From: Torpedo marmorata
Taxonomy: Eukaryota
Assembly (NCBI GenBank): GCA_977017645.1
Contig: OZ360253.1
Coordinates: 35,712,001-35,776,000, forward strand
Reading direction: 5' to 3'
DNA length: 64,000 bases
Shown here: in pieces, positions 1 to 12,789 of the stretch
Numbering within the stretch: the first letter of the stretch is position 1
How the letters are laid out: every line of letters starts with the position of its first letter
Position numbers and translations under genes: made by a program
Notes under the pieces: generated by a model
What the model was told of the DNA's origin: nothing
Seen by the model: the letters and a program-made list of their open reading frames with translations, nothing else
The model's database searches: none

Positions 1-560
1 TTGCTGTCCATGACTGCTTCTATTGCCTGACTTTACTTACCCGTGGGCAAGTAGGAGTGAGCCACTGTCTTGATCTGTTGCTCTCCCTCTGGTGAAGGGA
101 CCCCGACAATGCTGTTGGGGAGGAAGTTAGAGGTTTAGACCCAGCTCAGACAAAGAAACAGCATTGCACATCTCACACAACATGGTGTACGACTGGGAGG
201 AGATAAAGCAAGTGGTGGTGTTACCACCCGACTCTTGCTGCTGTCCTTTTTGCTGTTAGAATTGGCAGATTTGGGAGGTGCTATTAGCGTGTCTGGGCAA
301 GTAACTGTACACTGTGTGGAGATGATGAGGGTTCATTGTCATACTGCCAATGAAGTGCTCCCTTGGCCTTCCCTTCCTCAAGTCCTTGGTCTTGTTGACG
401 TTGAGAGGAAGATTATTATTCTGGCACCACTCCGACAGATTCTCAATCTCCATCCTATATTTTGACTCAGCATTATCCGGTATGATGGATGTCCTTTTGA
501 ATCAGGTGTGGTCCTGAGACAACAGTTACGTACAGGGTGTAGAGGGATGGAATACCAGTC
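1..560 (-). mobile_element. Degenerate Rex/Babar-like LINE RT fragment
   Basis: ORF 256..453 EIENLSEWCQNNNLPLNVNKTK is homologous to the RT at 37311-38130. Confidence 0.7.
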
Positions 561-990
561 ATGCAGACTGCTTTGTCCTTTGTCAAACTGCTTGTGTGTT
601 TTTGAAGCTGCATCCATACAGGCAAGTGGAGAGGATTCCTTCCCCTTCCTTGTGGATGGTTAAATGGTTCTATGGTATCAGGAGATGCAGATTATCCATC
701 CTCTTGTCTGGTCTTGTCACGTCATTTTTGTGGCTGGTCCATTTGAGTTTCTCGTCTTTTGCTGCATCCATTTCTTTTAGCTATTTGACGACATTACATG
801 GACTAGATTCTACGATGGTGGGGATCTCGGGTAGAAGCCGAGATGGATTCTCTATTCGGGTCTTCTGGCTGAACATTGTTTTGAATGGCCCTGCTCTCGT
901 TGAGGATGGGATGTTCTTGGAGCATCCTTCTCTCCTTAATTCTTTAATTGTCCATTGATGTTCAGCTCGATATTGTAGGACCACAGAGCA
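560..990 (-). mobile_element. Old CR1-like LINE ORF2 remnant
   Basis: FSQKTRIENPSRLLPEIPTI resembles the linker before RT in CR1-group LINEs. Confidence 0.45.
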
Positions 991-1149
991 TTGACCATTG
1001 AATAAATTTACAGTCAGTGTAGTTTTTTAGCTGCAAGGTAAGAGGTAGATTAATTTCATTCTGATTTCTTTCAATGTGTACATTTGATCTTGACCCTTTG
1101 ACTCAAAATATGGTAATTCACTATTCTATGATTTTTGTTTGTCGTGCAG

Positions 1150-1230
1150 GCTTCTCTCAATAAACTCATGGAGACCCTGGGACAGGCGGAGCCTTATTTT
1201 GTCAAGTGCATTCGATCAAATGCAGAAAAG
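1150..1230 (+). CDS. MYO9A: MYO9A exon, motor domain ([27 protein letters not shown])
   Basis: tgcag| acceptor; myosin LxxLMxTL..PxFVKCI motif; donor |gtcttg, phase 0. Confidence 0.95.
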
Positions 1231-2201
1231 GTCTTGTATTTATTCCTCAACTTGAAGATGAATTGGTTGAGAAATCAAAATTGAAAAGAAACATTTGTAG
1301 CATAGGGCAAATTGTACTAATGGGAGAAGGAGAAGACAGCTGTCTGACCGAACAATATATATAGATGCTAGAAACCGGAAATGAAAGCATCAATTGCCAG
1401 AAATATATAGAAGGTTGGATCGCATCTTTGGAGAGAGTAAAATGATAATTCATTAGAATAACAGTGCACTTGCATGAAGAACTTAATGTCCAAAGGCAAA
1501 GGTGCAGTCAAAGCTGAATGAGATTACAGCTATGAGAGGAGCTAGGTCAAGTTGGGTTTTACTAAGATTAGTTTTGCTGTGAAATCGAAGTTAGTGATAT
1601 GGTAATGGAATTTGGTGTCTTTGGTGTACATGTGAAAGCCATTGTTATTTCAAGATGATGTCGGTTCGGTAACTTAAGAGTAGAGATAGATGAATGCAAT
1701 TTAGAGAGATCTTTCAAATAATGTGCTGGATCAACATGATAAATAATTGCAATAAGAAGATAAATAAGCAAGCGCAATCCACTGCGAACAATAGAGAAAG
1801 CAGTTTGGACAAAATGTTGTGGTCAGACCCGGAGAGATTATTCACGTCGCTAAAGTCTATTTATGATTTTGCTTAGGATTGTTTCCAGAGAAACCAGATT
1901 GGAATATTTGAAGCATGGATTCCAAGTGAGATGGACAAACTTGGCTAATGATGTGACATTCTTGGACAAGAGGAAATAAAACTGGAAGTGTGAAACTGTA
2001 GTGGGGCTTAAGTGTGAATTTCTGGGGAAACGTTGTGATGGGATTACCATATCGGCGTGTGGTGAGGGGTTGTAGTGTGAAAGAAGTGTGGTCAGAAATT
2101 GAGTGAAAGTGGGATCAAGGGAGCCGGTTGAGGTTTGTTGGCAAGTTCAGGGAAATGCTGCCTACAGCTGCCTGTGACATTTACTTTTGTCAACTTTGTA
2201 G

Positions 2202-2312
2202 CTTCCCTTGCGCTTCAATGATCATCTAGTCCTGAGACAACTGCGGTATACGGGCATGCTGGAAACTGTCAGGATACGACAATCAGGCTACAGTATAAAG
2301 TACACGTTTCAG
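2202..2312 (+). CDS. MYO9A: MYO9A exon, motor SH2/SH1 region ([37 protein letters not shown])
   Basis: tgtag| ... |gtgagt; [14 protein letters not shown] motif; 111 nt. Confidence 0.96.
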
Positions 2313-3198
2313 GTGAGTGCCTCTGGTTACTCACGAGCTTTGGTGTTGTATTCAATTCGGCATTGAATCAGATTCAGAAATTATATCTATTTGAAAAATA
2401 TTGCACTAAAATTGTAAATCAATTGATTGCAGTTTGAATTAGATTCCAATGATTTGCACATCACTGAGCCAAATGATCAAACCTTTGGAATTTGGCCCAA
2501 TTTGAGTCTGTGAATTTACATTCAGACTTGAATTGATCAATTTACATTTTTAAAATGATAGGGTAAGAAATTAAAGAACTAAACTGAGATTTTGTGGACA
2601 TTAAAGTTATAATCTGATCTTCAAGTTTAAAGAACTGGGGATCTGTACAGAGCTGACTATCTCCCAATCCATACCCAGTCTGATTGGCTCATTCCAGCCA
2701 CTTTGCCTTTGTCGAATGAATTCAGAATGCAGGGCCACAGATTTTGTCACTTTTCCTGAAGCTATTCAGTCTGTAGTTCATGGGTGATGTTATTTCCCCT
2801 TCTGCACCACTCCAAATTGGCTAGTCTTAAAGTACAAATCCAGATGTAAGTAACATTGGTTATTTGAACATTTATAATGGCATTTAATGTTCACAGCAGG
2901 GTTCAACGTTAAATCATGAGTGTAGACTCCAGCTATATTTTTGGTCCTCTTTGTCTCCTGCAACACCGCTGATGTGGCCCAATCGCTGCTTTTGCATGGT
3001 TGGCTCCCAGTGACTGTTTCAACATAGATGAAATGTCATTTTTATTGCTGGAGGGAGTGCACCCTGGATTTGGATTTTCATCCTTATCGGGTTCGTTCTC
3101 CCAGTTGCTTCATAACATTCGAGCACTTTATTTAAAACAAATGATAAGAATTCAATGTACTGAATATAGCTAATGTAAGATTTTTTGAAATATTTCAG

Positions 3199-3321
3199 GA
3201 ATTTGTGGATCATTTCCATGTACTTTTGCCGCAAGGTATCACATCTTCACAAAGCAGTATTCGGGAGTTTGTGAGAAGTGTGAACCTCAACGTAAACAGT
3301 TATCAAGTGGGCCAGACAATG
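3199..3321 (+). CDS. MYO9A: MYO9A exon, converter (EFVDHFHVLL...YQVGQTM)
   Basis: ttcag| ... |gtgcgt; 123 nt, phase 0. Confidence 0.93.
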
Positions 3322-4067
3322 GTGCGTTTTATTATATAAATAGCAACTGTATTAAATTGGGAATGCACAATTGAAAGTAGTTAGGCAAATTTATATTGGC
3401 AGTAAAATATAAGGTGTGCATAGAAATCTTACTTTGTTGGCATTGTAAAGGTCATATTGTTTGTATTATAATATGTCTGGTACAAGTTGCATTGCTTCTG
3501 GCAAAAGCAAAAGTTTTCATTGCTCATTGAGAGGAGACAGTCTTTTTTTGAGTAAAAGCTTTGTTTAAATGACAAGCGTCTTGTTTTTTTTTTTTTGGAG
3601 AACATTTATTCATGATAGTTCTGAGTACAACCACAATTTTCCCACGGCAGTTTGATGGTAATAGTTTGTAGATTTGGGGATTGAACTTGACCATCATTCT
3701 TGCCTGATCCAACATCCATTTGCCATTTGCACTTTTCGGCACAAGTCATTAGGTTAGATGGGCCCTAGTTGAAAGTTTCAATACCCCCTTTCTAATTCTC
3801 CATTTTCATAAATACATCAATATAATGACACCATACGCAAGAGCTAAACTTCTTCGCCATTCTGTACCTCTTTAAGATCCTTGGTCCACATTTTAGTTCA
3901 ATTCTTCTGACTGCTTTCAAACATTGTTGCAGTCCCCTTTTCTCACACCACGTAATATACCATGATGTTTTGCTTCTTTGGAGGTGCAATTGCATCTGCG
4001 TATTTAATTGTTCATACTTTCATTGTTGTGCCACACTTCTGCATTTGTTCTGCGTGTTCCTCCATAG

Positions 4068-4217
4068 ATATTTATGAAGGAGAGTGAGCGTCAAAGACTG
4101 CAGAACCTGTTGCATAAGGAGGTCCTGCGGAGAATCATTTTGCTTCAGAGCTGGTTTCGCACTGTGCTTGAACGGCGACAGTTTCTTCAGATGAAACGCG
4201 CAGCAGTTGTTATACAG
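4068..4217 (+). CDS. MYO9A: MYO9A exon, converter end plus IQ1 and start of IQ2
   Basis: catag|ATATTTATG ... ATACAG|gtttgt; LQSWFR IQ-like motif; 150 nt. Confidence 0.95.
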
Positions 4218-4445
4218 GTTTGTACGGGACTGAAAGTTTCAGAGGTTCATTTTTAATCTATCTTAAACCTGTACGCTGATTTAATATTAATCATGAGAGG
4301 AAGGCATTCTGGTGAGAAGCAACAAGTGCTGCATGCACTGTCCAAACTGTTGCTTGTTTGCTGCTATGTGCCGCAAAGCTTGATTGATTTTCTTTTGATT
4401 GGACTGCACTTTGTTACTGGTTTATTCTGTTTGAATCTTCTGAAA

Positions 4446-4707
4446 GGGGCGGCACGGCACAGTTGGCGTAGCAGTTAGCGCAACACCTTTACAGCGCCAG
4501 CGATCGGGACCGCGGTTCGAATCCCGTGCTGTCTGTAAGGAGTTTGTACGTTCTCCCTGTGTCTGCGTGGGTTTTCCCTGGGGGCTCCGGTTTCCTCCCA
4601 CCGTTCAAAACGTACCGGGGGTTGTAGGTTAATTGGGTGTAAATTGGGTGGCACGGACTCGTGGGCTGAAATGGCCTGTTACCGTGCTGTATGTCTAAAT
4701 TAAAAAA
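4446..4707 (+). mobile_element. tRNA-derived V-SINE (HE1-like)
   Basis: A/B-box head (ggttcgaatccc), V-domain ggagtttgtacgttctcc...ggtttcctccca, CR1-like tail gcctgttaccgtgctgtatgtctaaat. Confidence 0.9.
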
Positions 4708-5068
4708 TCTGGTGTCTTTAAAAATATTTTTTTCTCGTGCAAATATTTTAGTTTAATTGTCAATTGCTTACCAGATTTACTTGAGTTCCCATTCACTTGG
4801 GATTGGACTAAGACTGCCCAAATAACTTTTCTTTAGGATTCTTTGCAGATTGGATTTGAATATTCGAGGTGTCTAAAACCAACTCTTTTTCAAACATGCA
4901 TGTTCCCCATGGCTGGTTATTACATTTAATTTTGTTTAATGTTTAGGACATCATGTTGAATGTCCTTTTTGCAAAATGTTATTTAACTATGTTTAATTTT
5001 TTATGGCAACTAGAACAGATGTGATATATTCCAATTTTCTCAATTTTCTTTACAATTTTTCTCTGCAG

Positions 5069-5373
5069 AATTATTGGCGAAACTACAAAATGAGGCAGAG
5101 CCTCATTTGCACAGACCTCAATGTCTTAAATACTGCAGCAACCAGTATTCAGGCAATGTGGAAAGGCTACACCCAGAGAAAGATGTACCTGCGAATGCGT
5201 GAAGCAGCTATTGTTATACAGAGGTGCTGGCATGATTACTACAGATACAAGTTTGCAGCACTGTGCATTCAGACATATTGGAGAAGGTACAAGGAAATGC
5301 AAACGTACAGAGCTTTCAGGGACAGTATCATTAAGATTCAAGCAGCGAACAGAGGATTTGTGGTGCGACGCAG
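5069..5373 (+). CDS. MYO9A: MYO9A exon, IQ motifs 2-6
   Basis: tgcag| ... |gtaatt; IQAMWKG, IQRCW, IQTYWRR, IQAANRG. Confidence 0.95.
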
Positions 5374-5734
5374 GTAATTGCACAGGACTTCATTTTTGTT
5401 TCTTGTTTGAATAGCCAAAATTCGAATCATAGTTATGATGCAGGTACACTGGTGTGTGCATATTGCCTGCCGATCACAGATGGTTTGTTAGAATAACTGG
5501 ATAGCAAAAATTACACATCCACGCGCACACTCTCTCTTCCATTTGGTTGCTGAGGTTATTTACAATGTTTTTGCAGCTGTGAGAGTGCATTTAGTTTTAA
5601 ATTGAACTTGGAACAAGTCTGAATGGATGTTAAGTATGAGAACTGATGGCATTCACTTGACCTTCTAATTGAACAAAAACAAATCAAATTGGTAGATTCC
5701 ACTCCCTTTAACGATTTCTTGCCTTTTGTTTCAG

Positions 5735-7411
5735 ATTTCAGGCGTTGAGAAGACAAAAGTGCAAAGAAGAGAGAAAACAACTGGATAGCGAACAGAAAAG
5801 AGCATTGGATAAGCACTTGGATGAAAACCTTTCTCAGCGCGCTGCAGCTGATCTCAACAAATTAGCTGAACTGAAGGAGAACCGTGCCTCACAAGAGAAT
5901 GACCTGCAGGATGTACGTGCTGACCGTAATGACGTATCTCTGGATATGCAGGGTGGAACTTTCAGATTTGCCAATAGTGCAGATTTACTACAGGATGTTG
6001 TGGTGAGGGAGAGGCCAAAGTCGCTGTCTGGAGACCCTGAGAAGCAGAAAGTGGTGCGTGCCAAACGACACAGCCGGAGAATGAGAGAATTAGAGCAGGC
6101 CAAATTCAGCCTTGAACTACTGAAGGTGAGGTCCGGAGGTGTGTCTCCCTCAGAGGAGGGGCGCTGGTGCAATGAGCTGATTTCTGACGGTGTGAACTCC
6201 TTGTCTCCTCAACGAACACCGGATAGTGATAGCTCACGAGGTAGTTTTGAAGTCCCCAGTGGTGATGATGGCCAGAGGAGGCAACTTTCTTTAACTGTTT
6301 CTGATGACCTGGTTTCTGATTCCCATGAGCATACTGCTCATGGGAATCTTTCAACTAATCCAAAGCTCAATGATCACGGTCTGCAACAGAATGGAACTGA
6401 CCTGTCTTCCATTCTTCCTTCTAACACAAATTGCAATAGTCATATTTCCCCGTCTTTAGAAATAGCCAACCGAGAACCTAATTTTCAACGATTGAGTTCT
6501 GAAGGTCGATCTCCCAGTTCTGGTCCCAAGCTGGATTCTAGTATTTCAAGCTTGTTGCCAAATCATGATAGTGTGCCCAGTAGCCCAGTGCCAAATGACA
6601 CTGCTGTTGTAGGTAGTGACAACCATAAAATTGAAGACCGTGCCATTGGACCCAAAACTTACAGAGCAGAAGGTGACAAAGCTTTGCCACTCTATGGTGA
6701 ATCTGCCGTGCTGGATGATGCAAGCACAGATTCCCTATCATGTACTACAATTTTGGAAAAACTAGAATGGTTAAACGTCCAGCAGGCAGAGAGGCAAAAG
6801 CAAAAACGGCAGCAGAACGAGAAGGAGATGATGGAACAGATAAGGCAACAGACAGAAATCCTTGAGAAACAACGCAAAGTTTTTGAGAAGCAGGAGAAGG
6901 ACATGTTTGAAAGACAGCGAGGCGAAGCTCTGCAGAAGATAGAGCAGAGCAGACAAAATGATTCCATTCAGGTCCCTTTCAAATCTCCAGACACACAGGC
7001 TGACAGGCCTCTGTCTTTGCACCTCCTGCATGCAGACAAAAAACGGGATCCAAGTATCAGTTCAGATTCTCTTTCAACATCAGCCATTGAGCCTAAGTTA
7101 TTGAATGCTGTGGAATCTTCTTATACTGAAAATACTTCACGTCAGCCTGAAGTAAAAAATCGATCCATCAGCATGTTTTTTGAAACAAAGGACCTGCGAC
7201 CAAGTGGCCAACAGGAAATCAATAAGCCGGATGGCTGGACCCCCCAGCTGAGCTTGGAGTCCCGTGAACCTCTTCCCAGTGTAGAGCGCTTCCGACGTGC
7301 TCAACCTCAAAGAGGGAAAGCAAACACAAAAGGAGAGTCTACCAATAATATTGCCAAGGACAAAAACAATGTCTTGTTCTTTTTGCCAAAAGACAAGAAT
7401 ACAGACAGCAA
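5735..7411 (+). CDS. MYO9A: MYO9A large tail exon (1677 nt; coiled-coil and disordered)
   Basis: Covers ORF 5745..7415; ttcag| acceptor, |gtaagt donor; RRMRELEQAKFSLELLKVR and EKEMMEQIRQQTEILEK blocks typical of MYO9. Confidence 0.95.
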
Positions 7412-8071
7412 GTAAGTTGTTTTTCTTGATTATTCAGGAATACAAATAAACAGTGAAGGTTTGTGTAAGTGCACTCAAATCGAGAGGTGAATCGTGGTGT
7501 ACTAATACACAGCACCCGTGGAATAACCACCAAGTGCCTGACTATAAGATAAAGCTCTGTCCAAAAGTGTTGGAGAAATTTCCCAATTTTGGAAAGGGTC
7601 TGTTCCAGTAGTTAAAACGTGGGATGGAGTTAGCTTTTTGGATACCGGAAAAATAATGTCCTAAATGGCTCAAGAAACTACTGAACTAAGTATTCAGACC
7701 TTTTCTTTGGAGTCCTAATATATTAACTGATTAATTCTCTTTTCATCATCATGAGAAGCTTGGATGAGTAGCACCAGTTGAAAACAGGAGAGGTTATGTC
7801 AGGTGGCACCTGATTGAGATTTGAAGCAGATAGGTTGTGGACAATTTTGTAAATCTGGGAGAAATGTAGATGAATGTTGCCTCCCCCCACAGTAAGGGTG
7901 CAGGCAAAACCTGCAGATTGTAAGTAAAAATTGGAACTTTTAAGAAGGGTTGTAATAAATGTTATTTTCAGACAATGGTAGACAGTAAGTGTCTTGCTAT
8001 TACTTGACATTTTTTCCATACTTTCCCTCTGAACGATGTCATCTTTTTAAAAATTTTTCAATTTTTAAAAT

Positions 8072-8308
8072 TTAAATTTAGACGTACAGCACAGTAACAA
8101 GCCATTTCGACCCAATTACACCCAATTGACCTACAATCCCTGGTATGTTTTGAACGGTGGGAGGAAACCGGAGCACCCGGAGAAAACCCACACAGACACG
8201 GGGAGAACGTACAAACTCCTTACAGACAGCGTGGGATTCGAACCCCGGTCCCAATTGCTGGCGCTGTAACAGCGTTGTGCTAACTGCTACACTAACCGTG
8301 CCACCCCT
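8072..8308 (-). mobile_element. V-SINE (HE1-like)
   Basis: Reverse complement of the 4446 element. Confidence 0.9.
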
Positions 8309-8666
8309 TCTGAAAGTGCTGCACTTCAACATTACTGAACTGGATTACCATTTTGAATTATGTGCTTAATTTGATGCACAGCTGAGAACAATTCACCAGA
8401 CAGAAATTTGGGATGGGAATCCAAGCTCTTGTCTCTTTCCCAGTATTTCCTACTCCTGCCACACTCATCTAAGCCAGGGAGAAGTCAGTATTTGTTACCT
8501 GAGCTCTAGGGCACTCCTAGAAGTAACCGATTTGGTGTGGCTCAGTCTGTGATGGTCATTGTGTTTACCTGTGGCCATTAAGTACCAATGTTTTATGCTG
8601 TTAGTTCTTAGAAATTTGTTTTCAGTGTATTTGCTCATCATTCATTATTAATACTGCACTTTACAG

Positions 8667-8772
8667 GATTGACAAAGATTCTGTGAATCTGGAAAAATCT
8701 CTTGCTTTTTCCAAAGAAGATCAAGCTTTCAGAGAAAAGATGGTGAAAACATCACTGCTGAAAGTAACTGAT
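8667..8772 (+). CDS. MYO9A: MYO9A tail exon (IDKDSVNLEK...LKVTD)
   Basis: tacag| acceptor in phase 2 matches the previous exon; |gtaagc donor in phase 0 (in-frame alternative donors after 8742 and 8763 possible). Confidence 0.75.
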
Positions 8773-8912
8773 GTAAGCAATCTAATCCTATATAGGAAAT
8801 TATACATTGAGGATATGATGGAACAGTTAGTTGAGAGAGCACAAGTTTGTGGTAAATTAGATGTTTAAAAAAATACATCTTGTACGGTGTGCAGCTGCGG
8901 AACCTATTAAGA

Positions 8913-9269
8913 CAGGGGTGGCCAAACTATGGACCGCAGGCCAACTTCAGCCTGTTGCCCATTTTTAAGTGGCCCGTTGGAGCTTTGTCTCTCACAATAA
9001 ATTGCACTGTATGTACATTACACTTCTTAGTTTCAACACTAGATGTCGCTGTCATTGTGAACAACTACTAGACCGACCGTTACAATGTTACTCATTGATG
9101 AAAACATTTACCTCAGTTTAAAAAAAAAAGTGACCTCAGTTTAAAAAACAGTTGGTCTAAAAACCCCTCTTTCTTGCAGTGTAACTGGTTGAAAACTGCC
9201 GGGCTTAATATTGTTTGGGCCGTATTTTTCTGTATGTGGCCCCCAACCAAACAAGTTTGGCCACCCCTG
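8913..9269. mobile_element. hAT (Charlie-like) MITE
   Basis: TIR CAGGGGTGGCCAAACT at both ends; 8-bp TSD tattaaga/tattagga. Confidence 0.85.
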
Positions 9270-9539
9270 TATTAGGACCATAGCTTAAAACTGGAACTTT
9301 GGGATATTTAAGCCACTTTGGCACGAGTTTTCAGAACAAGCATAGAAGGATTCTATTTTTGAACTTGGCCTCTTAAATTTTTCTTTTACCCACACCCCAA
9401 TCTCCTGAACGAGCAAACTGCTTTAGGTTGTTCTGCCATATGTGACGGACCTTCCTGCATCACTCCCCAGTAGCTGCTGTTCATGAGCAAATTAATGTGT
9501 TGGGGGTTACTGGAATTTGTTGTGGGCGTGGGTGAGGGG

Positions 9540-9869
9540 CAATGTTCCCTCTAATTTTTAGTAGTCAGTGTGCGCAAAAATCTTATGTTGTGCAAATTTT
9601 TTTCCTGTGACAAAAATATGTGCGCACTGAATGCTTGTGCAAATGTAAACTTGAAATTGTTTCAAGATAATTTTGGCACAGTCTATCTCTCATGGCTAAT
9701 AAAACTGTATTGGCATGTTTTAATATAATACAAGTATGATTGCATTCTACGAAGTAACGTATTTAGTTAAGATTTTATTCTATACTTTGAACTACTTTGT
9801 GCGCACATTAGTTTCCTTTGTGCGCTGGTTGCAAGACGTGTACACGCGTACAGCTTAGAAGAAACAGCA
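9540..9869. mobile_element. hAT-type MITE
   Basis: Degenerate TIR caatgttccctctaa / ttagaagaaacagca; perfect 8-bp TSD GTGAGGGG. Confidence 0.75.
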
Positions 9870-10232
9870 GTGAGGGGTATTACATCAAATCACAATTCTG
9901 TCACCTTCAGGCACCCTAACTTCACTTTCCAGCAGGAGTTGCAGGATAGTGATCAGGAGAAGGTACCATCAAAAATTCAGTGGAGATGCTGTCAAGCTTG
10001 ACATGCCCAGACCTGAATGGTTGGACTGTTCACAAGGATCTTTGTTCGTTTTTGTTCCGAATATCAATGGCTTTGACCTCTTGCAATATTTACATTCTTC
10101 ACCACTATAACATGCCTCTTCTTTTTATCGTTAGCGTGATGTGTATAGTCTCCGTCAGGCCTCGTGGTGGTCTGGTGTGTTATATTCTCACAGCAACATG
10201 TTTTGATCTTTGTGTGTTATTTGGTCAATCAG

Positions 10233-10445
10233 GTTGCAAGACCAGTGCACAAAAAGAGAGCCCGCATGTCGCGGACCCGCTCTGATTTCTTGACTAGAAG
10301 CTCTAATGCTGAAGGGGAGGGAGAGACCGATGAAGAGGAGTGTGATGACCCCTCCATTGAGCCCCCTCTCTCCCCCAACCAACATAGATCTGAGCTGAGA
10401 CCAAAGGACAGTGCTGGGCAGGCCTGTTACAGTGACTCAGAAATG
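10233..10445 (+). CDS. MYO9A: MYO9A 71-codon cassette exon (VARPVHKKRARMSRTRSDFLTR...SDSEM)
   Basis: atcag| ... |gtaaat; 213 nt, symmetric phase 0; resembles the optional tail insert of mammalian MYO9A as I recall it. Confidence 0.9.
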
Positions 10446-10850
10446 GTAAATAAATTGGGTGCGAGTCAAATCTGGAAGCATCCCTTTGCTAACCCTTACT
10501 GTGGAGTAGAAAGCAATACTGACATCTGGAACTGCTTAACCTCCCCACCTTTCAGATTTTAGAAGGTAACACTCAATGCACAAGCACAGTGATTTTTACT
10601 GTGGATTATTGTGTCACGCTCACTGTGTTGTGTACTGCAGTTATATTTCTATACACAATACTGCTCTTAACACAAGATTTTTCAGTTTGTTGGGCACAAT
10701 GTTAATTGGATTATTGAAAGTGGTGCAATTTCATGCACATCCCACATACTTCTATGGAGGAACATTTCATTTAAATAATAAATTACAGATTTTACTGCCA
10801 AATAACCAATGTTGAGAGGATTTTCTGCACAATTTATGTAAAAATATTTT

Positions 10851-11110
10851 AGGGGTGGCATGGTTAGCGTAGTGGTTAGCACAACGCTGTTACAGCACCA
10901 GTGGATCGAGACCGGGGTTCGAATCCCAGACTGTCTGTAATGAGTTTGTACATTCTCCCCGTGTCTCCATGGGTTTCCTCCAGGGCTCTGGTTTCCTCCC
11001 ACTGTTCAAAACGTACCTGGGGTTGTAGGTCAATCGGGTGTAAATTGGGCGGCATGGGCTCGTGGCCGAAAGGGCCTGTTACCGTGCTGTATGTCTAAAT
11101 TTAAAATTTA
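10851..11110 (+). mobile_element. V-SINE (HE1-like)
   Basis: Same head, V-domain and tail as 4446. Confidence 0.9.
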
Positions 11111-11748
11111 AAATGGAAAATACTAGAAATACTCAGCAGGTAGCTTCTGTGAAGAGAGAAACAGAGTTAACAGTTCAGGTTGACGATCTTTCACGCCTGC
11201 CCTGCTGAGTATTTGAAGCATTTTCTGTTTTTATTTCAGGTTTCCGCATCTGGAGGGTTTATTTTCATTGAGACAACCACAGGTTGACATGTATTGGACC
11301 ATTTTCTCAATTCTGAAACTGCACAAAATATTACATTGGCACTTCACAGCATACAAGGCACAGTATTACACACATTTAGTCTCTTACCTGAGGATCAATA
11401 CATTTTGTATTCTGTAGGTTTTTATTATTGAGACACTCAGATTTGCATCAGAATATTTTGGTACTTCCCTTTTAAGCACTCACCTGTTGAAGCATTCACT
11501 TTCTGCTTCACCCGATAATGCTGATGTAATATTTTAACCTCATTAATAACACCATCGATTTGGATTAAATGGGGAGATAGATGAAAAACTATCCATTTTT
11601 CACATCATTTTGCTTGACCAGGTGAAATACTTAATTGCAGTGATGCCTGGTTAACTGAGGCAGAATTAGCTTCATTAGTGAAGTATAAACTACTGCAGCA
11701 ACACAGTAATCTATGGCACTTTCGTGAGAAGGAGATAAGAGATAAATA

Positions 11749-11963
11749 CAGTAAAATCCCTGTTATCTGGAATTCAAGCAACCCGCAGCCTCAAGCAACC
11801 GGCAAAAAAAATTGCGGAAAATAAATAGCTAAAAAATACGGAAGTTTAAAATTGGTGCGCCTCACCGTTATTTTGCCAATCACACAACACGCAACCTCAA
11901 GCAACTGGAAAATTCACTTATCTGGCATCTACCAATCCCCATAGGTGCCGGATACCAGGGGTT
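11749..11963. mobile_element. Tc1/mariner (Tigger-like) MITE, right end truncated
   Basis: TA|CAGTAAAATCCCTGTTATC; same family as 13539-13747. Confidence 0.8.
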
Positions 11964-12789
11964 GAAGATATCCCACAAAGTGAAGGATATGTTGAGAAAG
12001 GTCCTTTTGAATGCGATTGAGTGTTTCCTTTTAAAACAGCAATATAATTGGGATGTAGATGTCTGTTGCACTAGCAATTCCTGCTAAACTCTAGAAGATC
12101 TGGTCAGGTTGTTCTTGAACTGAATATGGGCCATTCTAATACTCAGGCAACTTTCTTCACCAGCCACTACTACTACCACCCTGGACTGTGACCACCATAG
12201 TATTCTCCTCGTCAATTTTATTCACCAAATTACTGCATGACAAAGCTTATCTAATTCCACTGCTTGGATTTCACTTCCGCATCTATTTTGCTACTTTCAC
12301 ATTTAACACCTGAAATCAATCTGTATTCTAATGTCTGAGTTTTATTAACAGCATGTTGGGTGGCTCAATGCTACCACCTCTGTTTTTTATTCTTTCACTG
12401 GCAATTTTGTGTTAACTTTACAAAAAGTGCTGAAATTTTTGTTTTAAGTTTTTAATAAGTGTGAAGTGTCGATGCTAGTTATGTGAATGTTTTATAAGGT
12501 ACCTCTTGTGGATGTCTTTCATGTGGTTGCAGTTTTCATTATCTGCCCAAAGATTATCAAACAATTTCTTGCAAGGTATGACAAAAGATTCTATTTTGAG
12601 GTACCAGGTCCATTCAAGAAGTTATGGTGCCATCCGTGACTGATTCCTCCTCTCCAACCCCTTGACCCACGCCACGGTTGATGTTGCAAATGTTTGTTCC
12701 AATTACATTATTTGCACAAACGTAAAAGCGGTAAATGCTGGATAACCTCCACAGGTCAGGCAGCATCTGTGGAAATGCAAGGCTGGAAA

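Noticed and set aside
1031-1037. ttttttag|CTGCAAG|gtaaga 7-nt exon-like unit
   Set aside because: Not frame-preserving, and the upstream exon phase cannot be seen in this window
4446-4530. tRNA-like head with B box
   Set aside because: 5' part of a SINE, not a tRNA gene; no proper cloverleaf
5834-7031. Several minus-strand ORFs over the large exon
   Set aside because: Antisense shadows of the MYO9A coding sequence
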